Shown one piece after another: positions 10,681 to 21,475 of a stretch of DNA of 64,000 nt. The translations under genes and the position numbers were made by a program. The notes under the pieces were generated by a model, which saw only the letters and a list, made by a program, of their open reading frames with translations, was not told the DNA's origin and ran no database searches. This DNA is from an uncultured Bacteroidales bacterium (GTDB lineage: Bacteria > Bacteroidota > Bacteroidia > Bacteroidales > VadinHA17). The stretch lies in NCBI GenBank assembly GCA_963756885.1, contig CAVWPG010000011.1, positions 510,178-574,177 of the forward strand, written 5' to 3'. Numbering within the stretch: position 1 is the stretch's first letter; the number at the start of each line of letters is the position of its first letter.

Positions 10681-11745
10681 ATGAAAAAGTCAATACTTGT
10701 TGCAACATTATTGAATTTCTTTATGACTGGCTATACTCAGGTCATAAGCGGTACTGTACTTGACAAGGATACCAAAAGTCCTGTTACTTATGCTGTAATC
10801 TATTTTGAGGGAACATCTATCGCGACTTTTACTGACAGGAATGGCAACTTCATTCTGGATACAAAAAATATTGCTTCAATGCCATTAACGATAAGCGCAT
10901 TAGGTTATTATTCCGTTGGTGTCAATGACTATTCACTTCAACAAAAAATTGCCGTTTATCTCACAAAAAAATTTTTTGAATTGCAGGAAGTTACTGTTGA
11001 AGAAAAAGGGAAACAAAAATTGCGTGAAAAAAATCTTGCAATTTTCAGAAGGGAGTTCCTGGGAAGAACCAGAAATTCAAGGCAATGCCAAATCGTCAAC
11101 GAAGATGATATCAGATTCATCAGTAGTGCAGATAATGACACATTGAAAGCGTTTTCAATTAATCCAATAATGATTAAAAATAAGGGACTGGGTTATAATA
11201 TTACTTATTATCTAGATAAGTTTGAATTCACTAAGTCAAAGACTATCAATCATTTGATTGGAAATTTTTTATTTAGTGAAGATACTGCCTCAATATTGGA
11301 TCCACAGGTTAAAGAACGAAAAAGAAATTATGTATATTTTGGATCAAAAATGCATTTCTTCAGATCTCTCTGGCAAAAAAATCTAAAAGAGGAAGGCTTC
11401 ACTGTTAAAAATGGTGACCGGGAAATCACTGAACAGGAATTAATAAGATATCAAATGAGCCTCGATCCGGACAACGCCAAAAAGTATATTTACTATCCTG
11501 GCCATCTGCCAGTAGATCTGTCGATAATATACGAACCTGGCAAGGCTGAAAGCGCGATGCAGATTTTGGAAAATAACATTTATTTTAATAAGGACGGATA
11601 TTATAAGGGTCACGACATTATCTGGCAGGGAGAGATGGCATTGCATGGAATTGCGGATTTACTGCCATACGATTATAAGCCAACATTGGAAGCTGAGAAC
11701 CTGTACACGCCAAAATTGAATGCTCCGCCTATCCGGAAAAATTAA
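10681..11745 (+). CDS. Carboxypeptidase-regulatory-like domain protein
   Basis: Signal peptide followed by VISGTVLDKDTKSPVTYAVIYFEGTSIATFTDRNGNFILD, a CarboxypepD_reg-type motif. Confidence 0.6.
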   Translation: MKKSILVATLLNFFMTGYTQVISGTVLDKDTKSPVTYAVIYFEGTSIATFTDRNGNFILDTKNIASMPLTISALGYYSVGVNDYSLQQKIAVYLTKKFFELQEVTVEEKGKQKLREKNLAIFRREFLGRTRNSRQCQIVNEDDIRFISSADNDTLKAFSINPIMIKNKGLGYNITYYLDKFEFTKSKTINHLIGNFLFSEDTASILDPQVKERKRNYVYFGSKMHFFRSLWQKNLKEEGFTVKNGDREITEQELIRYQMSLDPDNAKKYIYYPGHLPVDLSIIYEPGKAESAMQILENNIYFNKDGYYKGHDIIWQGEMALHGIADLLPYDYKPTLEAENLYTPKLNAPPIRKN

Positions 11746-12057
11746 TTCTATTCCTGTACAATTGCATATTTTTTCTCCATTTTCTCATTCAAGTACGGAG
11801 TATGTACCTGGATTAGAAACAGGAAGATGTGTTAATGAAAATTATAAGTCATGATTTTCTGACAGATCAGGATAAGCCCTCTTTTCAATTAGGCGACAGA
11901 GGATAGTCTGTTTATTTTACCATATCTTTATCGGGGGGGACAGAGTGATTTAAGTTGCAGGTTGGATCACCTTCAGCCTTTTCCGGGAAGGGAAAACGAT
12001 AAAAACATATACCATTTAACCATAATGGAAATGAGAAGTGCAGGCATCCTGTTGCAT

Positions 12058-14607
12058 ATGATTAAAAAAGGTTGTGCATCATTAGGAACAAAATGCAAAG
12101 CAGGATTATTTCTCTTTTTGTTTGTATCTGGTATATTTAGCACTCTGTCAGCTCAGTACCACTATGAATTTGTCTATCCTGACAGAGCCGGCCTGCTCGC
12201 TGACGGTTGGAATTTCATGGCTCACACATTGTCGGGTATTCAGCGTAATACCGAGCAGACAACCGGGGCAGTAATATCATACGACCAGCAGGTTCACCCG
12301 GGCGTGATTCGGATTCCGGTGGATGAAGGAGATCTGTGGGAGGGAATAAACAGCACCCGTAATACACTTTTCAGAAGTCTGCCTGAAGGATGGACAAGCC
12401 TCAGACTTAAAATAGCTTCCTTCGATCCCTCACAGAATAATCAGCAGGCAACCCTTGTGGCCTACCAGGATGATGACAATTATGTTCAGATATCCCGGAC
12501 TTTTGAAGTCATTAACCGGATAATGTTTACAAGTGAATCCGGGGGGAAGGCGGTCAACCTTAATTCAGTTCCCGAGACAGGCACGACAAATTTATACCTT
12601 CGGCTCGACAGGGATACAATTGCACAGATCATAAGATCATATTATTCATCTGACAACGAGGCCTGGATCAAGGTCGGTGAGGTAGCCCGATCGCTTTCCA
12701 ATGCCAGGCTGGCAATAGAAACCGGAGCATCACCCGGGGGTTTTCCAAATGCAGATTTTGAGTGGGCTGAAGTGAGTACACAACCTTTGCCGCAAGTAGA
12801 GGATAATCTCAGGGCCTCTCCCGGATCGTTGGTCTTCAGCGCCAGGCAGGGTGAAGAATCACATGAAACCAGGTCAGTCTTTATTTCAACATCCGGAGGC
12901 AACATTATCCGATGGAATCAGTCAACCGATGTTCCCTGGCTGACCGCTGATTTACAAAATGGAGTGTCAGATGAGATTTTAAAGGTAAATGCCTTAACTG
13001 CAGGACTTCAAACCGGGATCTATCACGGGAATATTATTTTGGAATCTTCACAGTCAGCCGGGGGGCCTGTCACTATTGCCGTAACATTGATCATAAATCC
13101 TGCGGTGGCTGTTGAACCTTTTACCTGGAAAGACGGGAAAGCCGGAGCAATGAGTGTTTCCGTGGACGATGGCCAGCCATCGGCATTCGATGAACTGAAC
13201 AATAATGGCTTCAGGGGAACATATGTTACGAATGGCTCTGTCCCTCCTTCATTTTATACGTATTATTATCAGGCCGGGATGGAGCTGGGATCGCACCTTA
13301 TAAATCACCCATGCGGGCCGGTTTCAGACGATGACCTGCGGAATGTAGAAATTCTGCCGAATCTGTCGGGCCTGTGCAATTACACACCGGTTACACTTAA
13401 TAAGATCATAACACTGGTCTGGCCGTGTGGTTATACTAACTACAGGGAACAGGATGTTGCCTATGAATTCTTTTTAAGTGCCAGGGGTTATAATATTAAT
13501 AAGCTTGAAGATCCGACTCCTGAGAATTTCATGAATCTTAAAAGCTATAATTCCCATGAGCATACCCCATTTCCTCCATCAGATCTGAAAACAGTTGTTG
13601 ATTCAGCTGTTCTGCTGAAGAAATGGTTCAACCTTGTTCTCCATAATCTGACAAATGATGACGGCGCCATCGATTATGCCCGTTCTAAGGATATCTGGGT
13701 AGCATCAATAGGTACAGTGATCAAATATATATTGCAGCGGGACAGATTTATTCTCAGCGGATACGTTGAAAATTCAGATCGGATAACATTTAATGCTTCA
13801 CGTCTTTCAATGCCTGTATCTGCCTCAAGAAATTTTGAAGAGTCCCTTGAGCCGGGTGATATGACTACTCTGAAGGCAGATATTGATGATAACAGGTTAG
13901 TCGAAAATGTTCTGATCGATGGCGTGAAAAATCCATTTCAGACGGAAGTTATGAATGGGAACAGGGTTCTGTTTTTCAATATGAGGCTGGAGCCTGATAT
14001 TTTCAAAAAGGTGGAAGTTGTTTACAGGCCTCAGCCTGCAATTTTTATCACTCTGAGCTCTGATACCATTGATTTCAATACACTTTTCAACAGGAATCCC
14101 CCTGATCAGTTGCTTCATTTTCAGGCTGGCGGAACAGATCCCGTAAGCTGGAGGGCTTCTGTTTCTGGCGGAGGCCCGAAATGGGGATTGAAAATATCTC
14201 CTTCGTCAGGTCATTCAGACGACACCATTGTAATATCGGTTGATAACAGGGATCTGCCCGTTGGAAGTTACAGGAAGACTGTCACAATCATTTCTCCCGA
14301 TGATAATTTCTATCCCTTTGATATCGCTGTAAACCTTAAAGTGAATCCGGAGATGCTCCATCCAAATTATCCCAATCCGTTTACTTCATTCACCTGGATT
14401 GCATTCGATCTGCCAGAAGACGGACCGGTAGCGCTTGATGTCTTCAATTTGAACGGAGCTAAAGTTGAAACCATTGTCAGCCATTACATGCTGTCTGGCA
14501 ACTACAGTATAAAATGGGATTCGCGCAATTTTCGGCCAGGAATATATATCCTTTCGATAAGAACAAAAAGTTACAGGGAGACTATTAAGATGTTATTACT
14601 GAAATGA
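12058..14607 (+). CDS. Secreted multidomain protein with a T9SS C-terminal sorting domain; the central part resembles a polysaccharide-deacetylase (NodB-like) fold
   Basis: The track ORF starts at a TTG (11962). The ATG at 12058 (MIKKG...LFLFLFVSGIFSTLSAQ) gives a signal peptide. WKDGKAGAMSVSVDDG is NodB-like. The C-terminus HPNYPNPFTSFTWIAFDLPEDGPVALDVFNLNGAKV...ILSIRT is a type-A Por/T9SS sorting domain. Confidence 0.65.
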   Translation: MIKKGCASLGTKCKAGLFLFLFVSGIFSTLSAQYHYEFVYPDRAGLLADGWNFMAHTLSGIQRNTEQTTGAVISYDQQVHPGVIRIPVDEGDLWEGINSTRNTLFRSLPEGWTSLRLKIASFDPSQNNQQATLVAYQDDDNYVQISRTFEVINRIMFTSESGGKAVNLNSVPETGTTNLYLRLDRDTIAQIIRSYYSSDNEAWIKVGEVARSLSNARLAIETGASPGGFPNADFEWAEVSTQPLPQVEDNLRASPGSLVFSARQGEESHETRSVFISTSGGNIIRWNQSTDVPWLTADLQNGVSDEILKVNALTAGLQTGIYHGNIILESSQSAGGPVTIAVTLIINPAVAVEPFTWKDGKAGAMSVSVDDGQPSAFDELNNNGFRGTYVTNGSVPPSFYTYYYQAGMELGSHLINHPCGPVSDDDLRNVEILPNLSGLCNYTPVTLNKIITLVWPCGYTNYREQDVAYEFFLSARGYNINKLEDPTPENFMNLKSYNSHEHTPFPPSDLKTVVDSAVLLKKWFNLVLHNLTNDDGAIDYARSKDIWVASIGTVIKYILQRDRFILSGYVENSDRITFNASRLSMPVSASRNFEESLEPGDMTTLKADIDDNRLVENVLIDGVKNPFQTEVMNGNRVLFFNMRLEPDIFKKVEVVYRPQPAIFITLSSDTIDFNTLFNRNPPDQLLHFQAGGTDPVSWRASVSGGGPKWGLKISPSSGHSDDTIVISVDNRDLPVGSYRKTVTIISPDDNFYPFDIAVNLKVNPEMLHPNYPNPFTSFTWIAFDLPEDGPVALDVFNLNGAKVETIVSHYMLSGNYSIKWDSRNFRPGIYILSIRTKSYRETIKMLLLK

Positions 14608-14936
14608 GGGATCTTCAGGTTTGAGGATATTAGAACCAGCCCGGAGTTATCCTTTTACGGCCACAAGCCTTCAGTAACCTGCAGCGATGTGCTAAACCCC
14701 ACTTCTTTGACCACCTCAGAATCAGATCTGTTGACGCATAACATGCACTAAGACACAACGAGGATTTAATATCAAATTTGGGTGGTCATATCGATCGTCC
14801 TGACATTGCTCAGGGCCGAAGCTTTATCTGAAAAAGCAAAGTATATATGCATTCTGTAATTTTTGCTCACAAACGGTTATCTTAGCTAAATCTTTAAGCA
14901 TGCTGGCAGTAAAACATACAATATTAAATTTTTAAT

Positions 14937-16022
14937 ATGAATAAGACTATCTATAGTGTTATTACAGGAACAGGAAGTTATATCCCGACGAAACATATCA
15001 GAAATGAGGATTTTCTTAGAAATGAATTTTATGATGCAGACGGAAAAAGGCTCGAAAAAGGAAATCAGGAAATAATTGATAAGTTTTTTGATATTACGAC
15101 TATATGCAGAAAGAAGATATGTCACAGACGATTTAGTAACCTCTGATATTGCCTGTTATGCTGCTATTGATGCTATTAAATCTGCAGGCATTGATAAAGA
15201 AGAATTGGATTACATAATTGTTGCGCATAATTTTGGTGATGTAAAGAAGAACAGTAAGCAAATGGATGTTGTACCTTGTTTAGGCTGCCAGGGTAAAACA
15301 TAAATTAGAAATAAAAAACCCCAATACTGTAGCTTATGATATACTTTTTGGCTGTCCGGGTTGGCTGCAAGCTGCTATTCAGGCCGATTATTTAATAAAA
15401 TCAGGGGATGCCAGAAAGGTATTGGTTATCGGGGCTGAGATACTTTCCAGGGTTTCCGATCCGCATGACAGGGACAGTATGTTATATGCTGATGGTGCCG
15501 GAGCTGCTATTTTCGAAGCCCAAGAGAGTGAATATCCGGTTGGGATCCTTGCACATAAAACACGATCGGATACCTTTTTAAATTCCAGAAATGTTATATA
15601 TGGGTAAATCATACAAGAATGACAACAATAAAGAGGATGATAGTTTTTTAAAAATGCATGGCCGGAAGCTTTATCAATATGCAATTGAAAAAGTACCTCA
15701 AACGATAAAAGAATGCCTTGAGAAAAGTAATATTCACATTAGTGAAATTAAAAAAGCGCTAATCCATCAGGCCAACGGGAAAATGGATGAAGCAATATTA
15801 AAACGACTTTTTAGTCTTTATGATATAGTTGATGTGCCAAAAGATATAATGCCGATGACAATTGCATGGTTGGGCAACTCATCTGTAGCTACCATACCGA
15901 CTTTATTGGATCTTATTTTAAAAGATCAGTTAAAACAGCACAAAATAGACAAAGGTGACACTCTTGTTTTCGCATCTGTTGGAGCAGGAATGAATATTAA
16001 TGCATTGGTATACAAAATGTGA
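14937..16022 (+). pseudogene. FabH-like 3-oxoacyl-ACP synthase III, interrupted by three single-nucleotide frameshifts
   Basis: Four track ORFs (14937-15146, 15076-15303, 15422-15607, 15591-16022) plus an untracked frame (LEIKNPNTVAYDILFGCPGWLQAAIQADYLIKSGDARKVLVIGAE, carrying the active-site Cys) together form one KAS III sequence. Frame changes lie near 15105, 15283 and 15588. Confidence 0.75.
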
Positions 16023-16302
16023 TTGAAACAATCGAAGGTAACCTTATGGTAAAATCCGTCCTTCTTTGATTATTATAAGGCAGTCTGATCGCGAATAACA
16101 TATATTAATAAACAGCAGATAATTAACTCAGGATATTGATTAACTGTCTTGTAACCTCATCCAGGTTCATCTGGAGTTAAATTCAATTTGTACGGCTATT
16201 CTGAACAACTAAATAGATTAAGTACTTGAAAATGAACAAAATCATCTTTCAGGTGTTTTTGGTTTAATATAATTGTAATATTAATTAAACAAACTCATAC
16301 CT

Positions 16303-16803
16303 ATGACTACAAAATCATGGTTATTTACTTCACTGATGTTTGTATTCCTTCTGATTTGTTCTGCTGGAATACAGGGACAAACTACTGCATCCAACCTGGA
16401 TAACATTAAATTAATGCAACAGGATCTGGGAACATGGCAAGCAAAAATTGATAAGGATACTATTGTAGTCTGGGAGACCAGGCAATATGGGAAATCATTT
16501 ATAACAAATGAATCTCTCATTATTAAGGGGACTAAATCTCCTTCATATATTAATAATATTAGTCTTGATCCACAAGGTAAGGCACAAGGTTTTGTACTTT
16601 GGCACAATGGAGCCTATTCTACATGGACAGGCTCATGGTCTACTGACAAAAAGCTAAGTGGTGATTTGTTTCAGACTTTTAAACCTGAAACAACCTGGGG
16701 TAAATTTGATCTTGTATATGAAACTCCTGCTAAAATGACTTTTACTATATTTAATACAGATGGGATAAAAACGCGGGAATATAAATTCAATAAAGTAAAA
16801 TAG
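16303..16803 (+). CDS. Hypothetical secreted protein
   Basis: 166-aa ORF with signal peptide LMFVFLLICSAGIQGQ, followed by a terminator. Confidence 0.5.
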   Translation: MTTKSWLFTSLMFVFLLICSAGIQGQTTASNLDNIKLMQQDLGTWQAKIDKDTIVVWETRQYGKSFITNESLIIKGTKSPSYINNISLDPQGKAQGFVLWHNGAYSTWTGSWSTDKKLSGDLFQTFKPETTWGKFDLVYETPAKMTFTIFNTDGIKTREYKFNKVK

Positions 16804-16832
16804 ATTGTTTTTACTTTCATTGGTATTAAATA

Positions 16833-16867
16833 ATGTCCTGAGAATTTATAATTCAGGGCATTTTTTT
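16833..16867 (+). terminator. Rho-independent terminator
   Basis: ATGTCCTGA ... TCAGGGCAT forms a 9-bp stem (one G-U pair), followed by TTTTTTT. Confidence 0.6.
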
Positions 16868-16888
16868 GCGGTTTATATTAAAAATCAA

Positions 16889-17220
16889 TACTAAACGGAT
16901 AAATAGACATATTAGCAAGAGATTGCCTTTGGCGAGCTCGGTTCTTCGCTTCATTCGTTTCGCTCAGAATGACAGCCATTTATAGTTTAGGGGGGATGTT
17001 GAAAAAGTCTTTTTGACAGCACAAAGGTTTACGCACTAAGTCAAGCAATTGTAATTTAGATCTTTACGAGAACATTTATGCTTTAGGGAATTTGTGATTA
17101 TTGATATGTCTCGCTGATGTACGCAGATTGAATAACGCTGAGTCCCGCCGATTAAATTCCTTTAATATCCGCGAATCCCGATGGCTATCGGGACTGCGGT
17201 AACCTCTTATCCGTTTAGTA
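16889..17220. mobile_element. MITE-like non-coding repeat, copy 1 (332 bp) with perfect 14-bp terminal inverted repeats
   Basis: The ends are TACTAAACGGATAA and TTATCCGTTTAGTA. The internal roughly 290 bp is near-identical to 25179-25480. Confidence 0.7.
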
Positions 17221-17290
17221 ATACGAATTGAACGTTTCGTAGGTGCTTTAAGGAAATGTTAGCAGGTCAGGGAATAACGTAAGAGTTATT

Positions 17291-17500
17291 GTGAGACTGA
17301 TTAAAGGCAAAAACGAACATACTTTATGGACTGAAGATTATAGCCGTGCCACGACTGCTGTCAATTTACTTGAAATACAAAGTGATGTGGCCCGACAGGT
17401 TGCTGGAAATATGAAAGTAGCTATTAATCCTGGAGTAAAAAAAAGAATTGAAGTCATATCGACAAAAAATACTGAAGCCTACACATTGTATTTAAAGTAG
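17291..17500 (+). pseudogene. Fragment of a TolB-like/TPR protein paralogous to the 1528-3972 product
   Basis: LWTEDYSRATTAVNLLEIQSDVARQVAGNMKV...TKNTEAYTLYLK aligns with LWADKFDREIDDIFKIQSEIAESVVKALKS...TSNAKAYELYLKG of the TIR-TPR protein. There is no N- or C-terminal continuation. Confidence 0.45.
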
Positions 17501-17792
17501 TATAATCAATATTTACCATTCGATAAGGACAGGAAGTTACTGGGAGACTATTAAGATGTTATTATTTATTTAATAGAACTTCAGGTCGGAGGATGCAGCT
17601 TTTCCTGAGGCCAGCCGCGATCTTCCGATAGCCGGGTGAATTTAAGGGCAAGGCTGGCTTACCATAGCTGGCCCGTCAACTTTCCGGTTACATCTTAATT
17701 CAAATTATGTAATTTTTTACCGTATTTATGTAAAACTGGTTTCTGACATTCTGACAAACTTTGTACTTATTATTAACTAAAAAATTATTATT

Positions 17793-18266
17793 ATGAAAAA
17801 GATTATTATAAGTATGTTGTTGCCCCTTGCCTTGGGCTTTGGTGCAGCGGTTGCCCAGTCGACTCAGTCCATGTCGAAAAAGCCGGAAACTTCGATGACA
17901 CAGGATAAGACTGCCTGGGTACAGGTCGGTGAGAAAAAGGTGAGCCTGAAGACAGGTCATGATGAGCTTATGGTAAAAGATTCGAACAAGTTTCAGGCTA
18001 TCAGGGTAAAAGCCGGAGATCAGCCGATAATGATCACGGACGTTAAACTTTACTATAAGAGCGGAGCTACTCAGGATATAAGTCTTAATACCTCTCTGAG
18101 TGCAAATGGTGAAAGCAAGCCAATAGATCTGTCTGGTGCAAGTCAGGTCATAACGAAAATTGATTTTAAATACAAACCTCCTGAGGGGATGACAAGTATG
18201 AAGGAGGCTAATACCACACTTACGGTTATGGGTCTGGAAGCAAGGCCGGGCACTGCCGCAAGGTAA
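17793..18266 (+). CDS. Hypothetical secreted protein
   Basis: 157-aa ORF with signal peptide MKKIIISMLLPLALGFGAAVAQ, followed by a strong terminator. Confidence 0.55.
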   Translation: MKKIIISMLLPLALGFGAAVAQSTQSMSKKPETSMTQDKTAWVQVGEKKVSLKTGHDELMVKDSNKFQAIRVKAGDQPIMITDVKLYYKSGATQDISLNTSLSANGESKPIDLSGASQVITKIDFKYKPPEGMTSMKEANTTLTVMGLEARPGTAAR

Positions 18267-18287
18267 ATCCAGATTATACTCTTGAAG

Positions 18288-18317
18288 AGCCGTCCTTAGT
18301 ATCGGACGGCTTTTTTT
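18288..18317 (+). terminator. Rho-independent terminator
   Basis: AGCCGTCC (18288-18295) pairs with GGACGGCT (18304-18311), followed by TTTTTTT. Confidence 0.7.
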
Positions 18318-18431
18318 ATGGCAACATTCCGGCAAAGATGTCATTTGCAACAAATTCTGGCGATTATTGTTAATATCATATATTCTGACAATAGCCTTGT
18401 TTTAAAAAGACATTTATCTGAGCAGGATAAA

Positions 18432-19010
18432 ATGAAATTCCAGTTTAAGTATGATATCAATATTGCCTGCAGGGTCGTTATGCAGGAATACCTTGACAGG
18501 ATAGGAGTTCCGTATGAGATAATCGGAATGGCAGAGGTCCGGTTTAATGGCCCTGTCTCTCCCGAACAGTTCCGGGAATGTGAATTATCATTGAAAAAAT
18601 ATGGCATTGAAATAATTGATGATCCAAAGACTGCAATAGTTCAGAAGATTAAGGAAATAATAAAAGAAATAGTATATCTGGAAGAGAAGCAGGATAATTC
18701 AAAGATCTCTGCTTACATTGCTGAAAGGATGAATCTTAGCTATAGCCATCTGTCTAAAATATTTTCTGAAGTCACCTATACCACAGTTGAAAATTTTTTT
18801 GTACTGCAGAGAGTTGAACGGGTAAAACAATTGATTATCGAGGAGAAGCTGACATGTACCGAGGTAGCATGGAAAATGAATTACAGCAGTGTCGCCCATT
18901 TATCCAACCAGTTTAAGAAAACAACAGGATTGACACCAAAAGCATTCCAGACTATAATTGAAAGAAGAAATAACCTCGAATCATCTTCCTCACAGTCTGA
19001 ATCACAATAA
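18432..19010 (+). CDS. AraC-family transcriptional regulator
   Basis: Start moved to MKFQFKY, downstream of the terminator. The C-terminal AraC HTH reads ISAYIAERMNLSYSHLSKIFSE ... TEVAWKMNYSSVAHLSNQFKKTTGLTPKAFQ. Confidence 0.8.
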   Translation: MKFQFKYDINIACRVVMQEYLDRIGVPYEIIGMAEVRFNGPVSPEQFRECELSLKKYGIEIIDDPKTAIVQKIKEIIKEIVYLEEKQDNSKISAYIAERMNLSYSHLSKIFSEVTYTTVENFFVLQRVERVKQLIIEEKLTCTEVAWKMNYSSVAHLSNQFKKTTGLTPKAFQTIIERRNNLESSSSQSESQ

Positions 19011-19018
19011 TTACTGCC

Positions 19019-19498
19019 ATGATAATGGATTCGCTGTTCATACTGCTTGCTGACGATGATGAGGATGACTGTATCTTTTTCAGGGATGCATTGCAGGAAA
19101 TCAGGGTCAAAACAAACCTGACACTTGTGAATGATGGCGAACAATTAATGAAATACCTGGGTAATGAAGATAACCGTGTTCCTGATCTCGTCTTCCTCGA
19201 TTTGAACATGCCGTTTATAAACGGGATCGATTGTTTAATTGATATCAGAAAGAAGAGCAGGCTCAAAGACCTTGCCATTGCAATCTATTCCACCTCTTCC
19301 TCAAATGAAAATGTAGAGGAAGCATTTATTAACGGTGCCAATATTTATATCCAGAAACCGAACGATTTTTCAGTTCTGAAGATAATCCTTGAACATGTTA
19401 TTACACTAAACTGGCAGTATCATACCTCCGGCTTAAAAAAAGAAAATTTTCTTTTGAATATTAATAACATTAAAAGCGATGAAGTTTCTAAAACCTAG
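19019..19498 (+). CDS. Stand-alone response-regulator receiver (CheY-like)
   Basis: ILLADDDEDDCIFF ... PDLVFLDLNMPFINGID ... IAIYSTSS ... YIQKP gives the receiver acidic pocket, the phospho-Asp context and the Lys. Confidence 0.85.
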   Translation: MIMDSLFILLADDDEDDCIFFRDALQEIRVKTNLTLVNDGEQLMKYLGNEDNRVPDLVFLDLNMPFINGIDCLIDIRKKSRLKDLAIAIYSTSSSNENVEEAFINGANIYIQKPNDFSVLKIILEHVITLNWQYHTSGLKKENFLLNINNIKSDEVSKT

Positions 19499-21263
19499 AC
19501 TCCCGGCATTTGTACTGGTGAGTGCTCTGGTAATATCTATTTTCACACTTTTATTTGCAGCAGGTATTTCATATAAGCAGCTTCAAATGGTAACAGAATC
19601 GGAATCCCTGATAGTAAATTCATATAAGATTTCTGCTGCCTTGCTGCAACTCGATCTGGATACCAGGAATGCCGAGACAAACCAGCGTGGATTTTTATTG
19701 ACCAATGATTCAAGTTTTCTGCGATCATATTACGAAGCCATTAAAAAAGTAAACCTATCAACCCTTCAATTGTATTCCCTTATGTCAGATAATTACCAGC
19801 AATCCAGGTTATTAGACACCCTGGCTTTATCTGTTGCAAGGAGGATCAATTTTTTGAATGAGGTATTGAGCCGTAACAATTACAGGGTAAGTACAACTGA
19901 TACGATAAAAAACCTAATACTGAAAGGGAGGGAACAAATGAATCTCAGTCAGACCTTTATTGATTATATAAAAAATGATGAGCTGAGATTACTGAAAAGA
20001 GGTGAATTGTTGCATGAGAAAGATATTAAGTTGCCTCCGCTTTTAATACTATTTATAGTCTTGTTCTCATTATTTATTTTCATCATTTCATTTTACAGGA
20101 TAAACAGAGATCTCAAAGGCCTTGCTATGACCAATAGCAAGTTATTAATAAACAATGAATTATTCGAGCATTCCGAACAAATTGCAGACATAAGTCACTG
20201 GTACTTTAATATTCAGGGGGACGAACTTTATTATTCAAATAATCTTTACCGGCTGCTTGGTTGCGAAGCGGGGGAATTCGAACCAACGTTCCGGAATTTT
20301 CTGGAATTTGTGCATCCTGATGACCGGGCCCTGTTTGTTGAAGGCAACAGAAAGATCATTGATGAATCATCGGAAACACGCATGTCTTTTCGCGTAATCA
20401 GAAAGGATGGAGTTGAACGGCACTTCAGGTCTATTGGAAAGGTAATTTCCGATACCTATGGCAACGAGTTCAGCATAGGCATAAATGCAGATATATCCGA
20501 GCAATATTTCAAGGATAAGCTGATAGAAGAGAAGATATCTGACCTCGAGAGGTCCAACAGGCTGCTTACAACATTTAACCATATCGCTAGCCATGATTTG
20601 CAGGAACCTGTCCGTAAGATCCAGACTTTTATTTCCAGGATCAGTGACAGGGAACTGGAAGCAATTCCGGAAACTGTAAGGGATTACCTCACCGGCATCG
20701 GAAAGGCAGCAGGGAGAATGCACAAATTTATTGAAGATCTGCTGGTTTATTCCAGGACCAATATGGCTGATAGAGTTTATGAAGCAGCTGATTTGAATGA
20801 AATCCTTGAAAACTCAAAGCGGGATCTTTCACAATTAATCGAAGAGAAAAATGCAATAATCAATGCAACCGCCATGCCAACGGCGGATGTTATCCCATTC
20901 CAGATAGAGCAGCTGTTTAATAATCTGATTTCAAACGCAATAAAGTACTCCAGGCCGGATATTATCCCGGTTATATATATAGATTCAAAACTTGCCCTCG
21001 GGAAAGATATTCCGGATGCCGGGTCTAATACTGAAAAGGTATTTTATAATATTTCATTTTCAGATAATGGTATTGGATTTGAACAGCGGTATGCTGAAAA
21101 AATCTTCGAACTATTTTTCAGGCTGCATACCGGGTCAGAGTACACCGGTTCAGGAATAGGCCTGTCAATCTGCAAAATAATTGTTGAAAATCACCGGGGT
21201 TATATCAAAGCTGAAAGCCATCCGGGTAAAGGCTCAACGTTCAGGATCTACCTGCCTGCTTAG
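19479..21263 (+). CDS. Sensor histidine kinase (CHASE3-like, TM, PAS, HisKA, HATPase_c)
   Basis: Overlaps the receiver gene by 20 nt. Has an N-terminal TM and a CHASE3-like helical region, a second TM (LLILFIVLFSLFIFIISF) and a PAS-like segment. H-box is FNHIASHDLQEP, N-box is QLFNNLISNAIKY, and the G-boxes are DNGIGF and GSGIGLS. Confidence 0.85.
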   Translation: MKFLKPRLPAFVLVSALVISIFTLLFAAGISYKQLQMVTESESLIVNSYKISAALLQLDLDTRNAETNQRGFLLTNDSSFLRSYYEAIKKVNLSTLQLYSLMSDNYQQSRLLDTLALSVARRINFLNEVLSRNNYRVSTTDTIKNLILKGREQMNLSQTFIDYIKNDELRLLKRGELLHEKDIKLPPLLILFIVLFSLFIFIISFYRINRDLKGLAMTNSKLLINNELFEHSEQIADISHWYFNIQGDELYYSNNLYRLLGCEAGEFEPTFRNFLEFVHPDDRALFVEGNRKIIDESSETRMSFRVIRKDGVERHFRSIGKVISDTYGNEFSIGINADISEQYFKDKLIEEKISDLERSNRLLTTFNHIASHDLQEPVRKIQTFISRISDRELEAIPETVRDYLTGIGKAAGRMHKFIEDLLVYSRTNMADRVYEAADLNEILENSKRDLSQLIEEKNAIINATAMPTADVIPFQIEQLFNNLISNAIKYSRPDIIPVIYIDSKLALGKDIPDAGSNTEKVFYNISFSDNGIGFEQRYAEKIFELFFRLHTGSEYTGSGIGLSICKIIVENHRGYIKAESHPGKGSTFRIYLPA

Positions 21264-21280
21264 CGAGGGGAAATAAATTC

Positions 21281-21475
21281 TCACGGCTTAGCTGTCTTGC
21301 CGCTATTCTGATCTGAATATTGATAATTTCTGCCAATCAGTATTCTGAGGAGGGTCAAGATAAGTGCCAGCAATAAGAGTATATGTATTTTTGCCCCTGT
21401 ATCGTAGAAGAAAAAACCGATAATCCATGATACTATAAGAATAGCCGTTACAATATTAAGGAAGATCCTGCCCAT
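21281..21475 (-). CDS. Small two-TM membrane protein (lmo0937-like family)
   Basis: The 64-aa sequence MGRIFLNIVTAILIVSWIIGFFFYDTGAKIHILLLLALILTLLRILIGRN is paralogous to the 21773-21928 product. Confidence 0.55.
   Translation of the reverse strand: MGRIFLNIVTAILIVSWIIGFFFYDTGAKIHILLLLALILTLLRILIGRNYQYSDQNSGKTAKP

Noticed and set aside
17700-18353. 217-aa minus-strand ORF covering the 17793-18266 gene.
   Set aside because: The plus-strand ORF has a clean signal peptide and is followed by a strong terminator. The minus-strand translation is Cys/His/Arg-rich noise.
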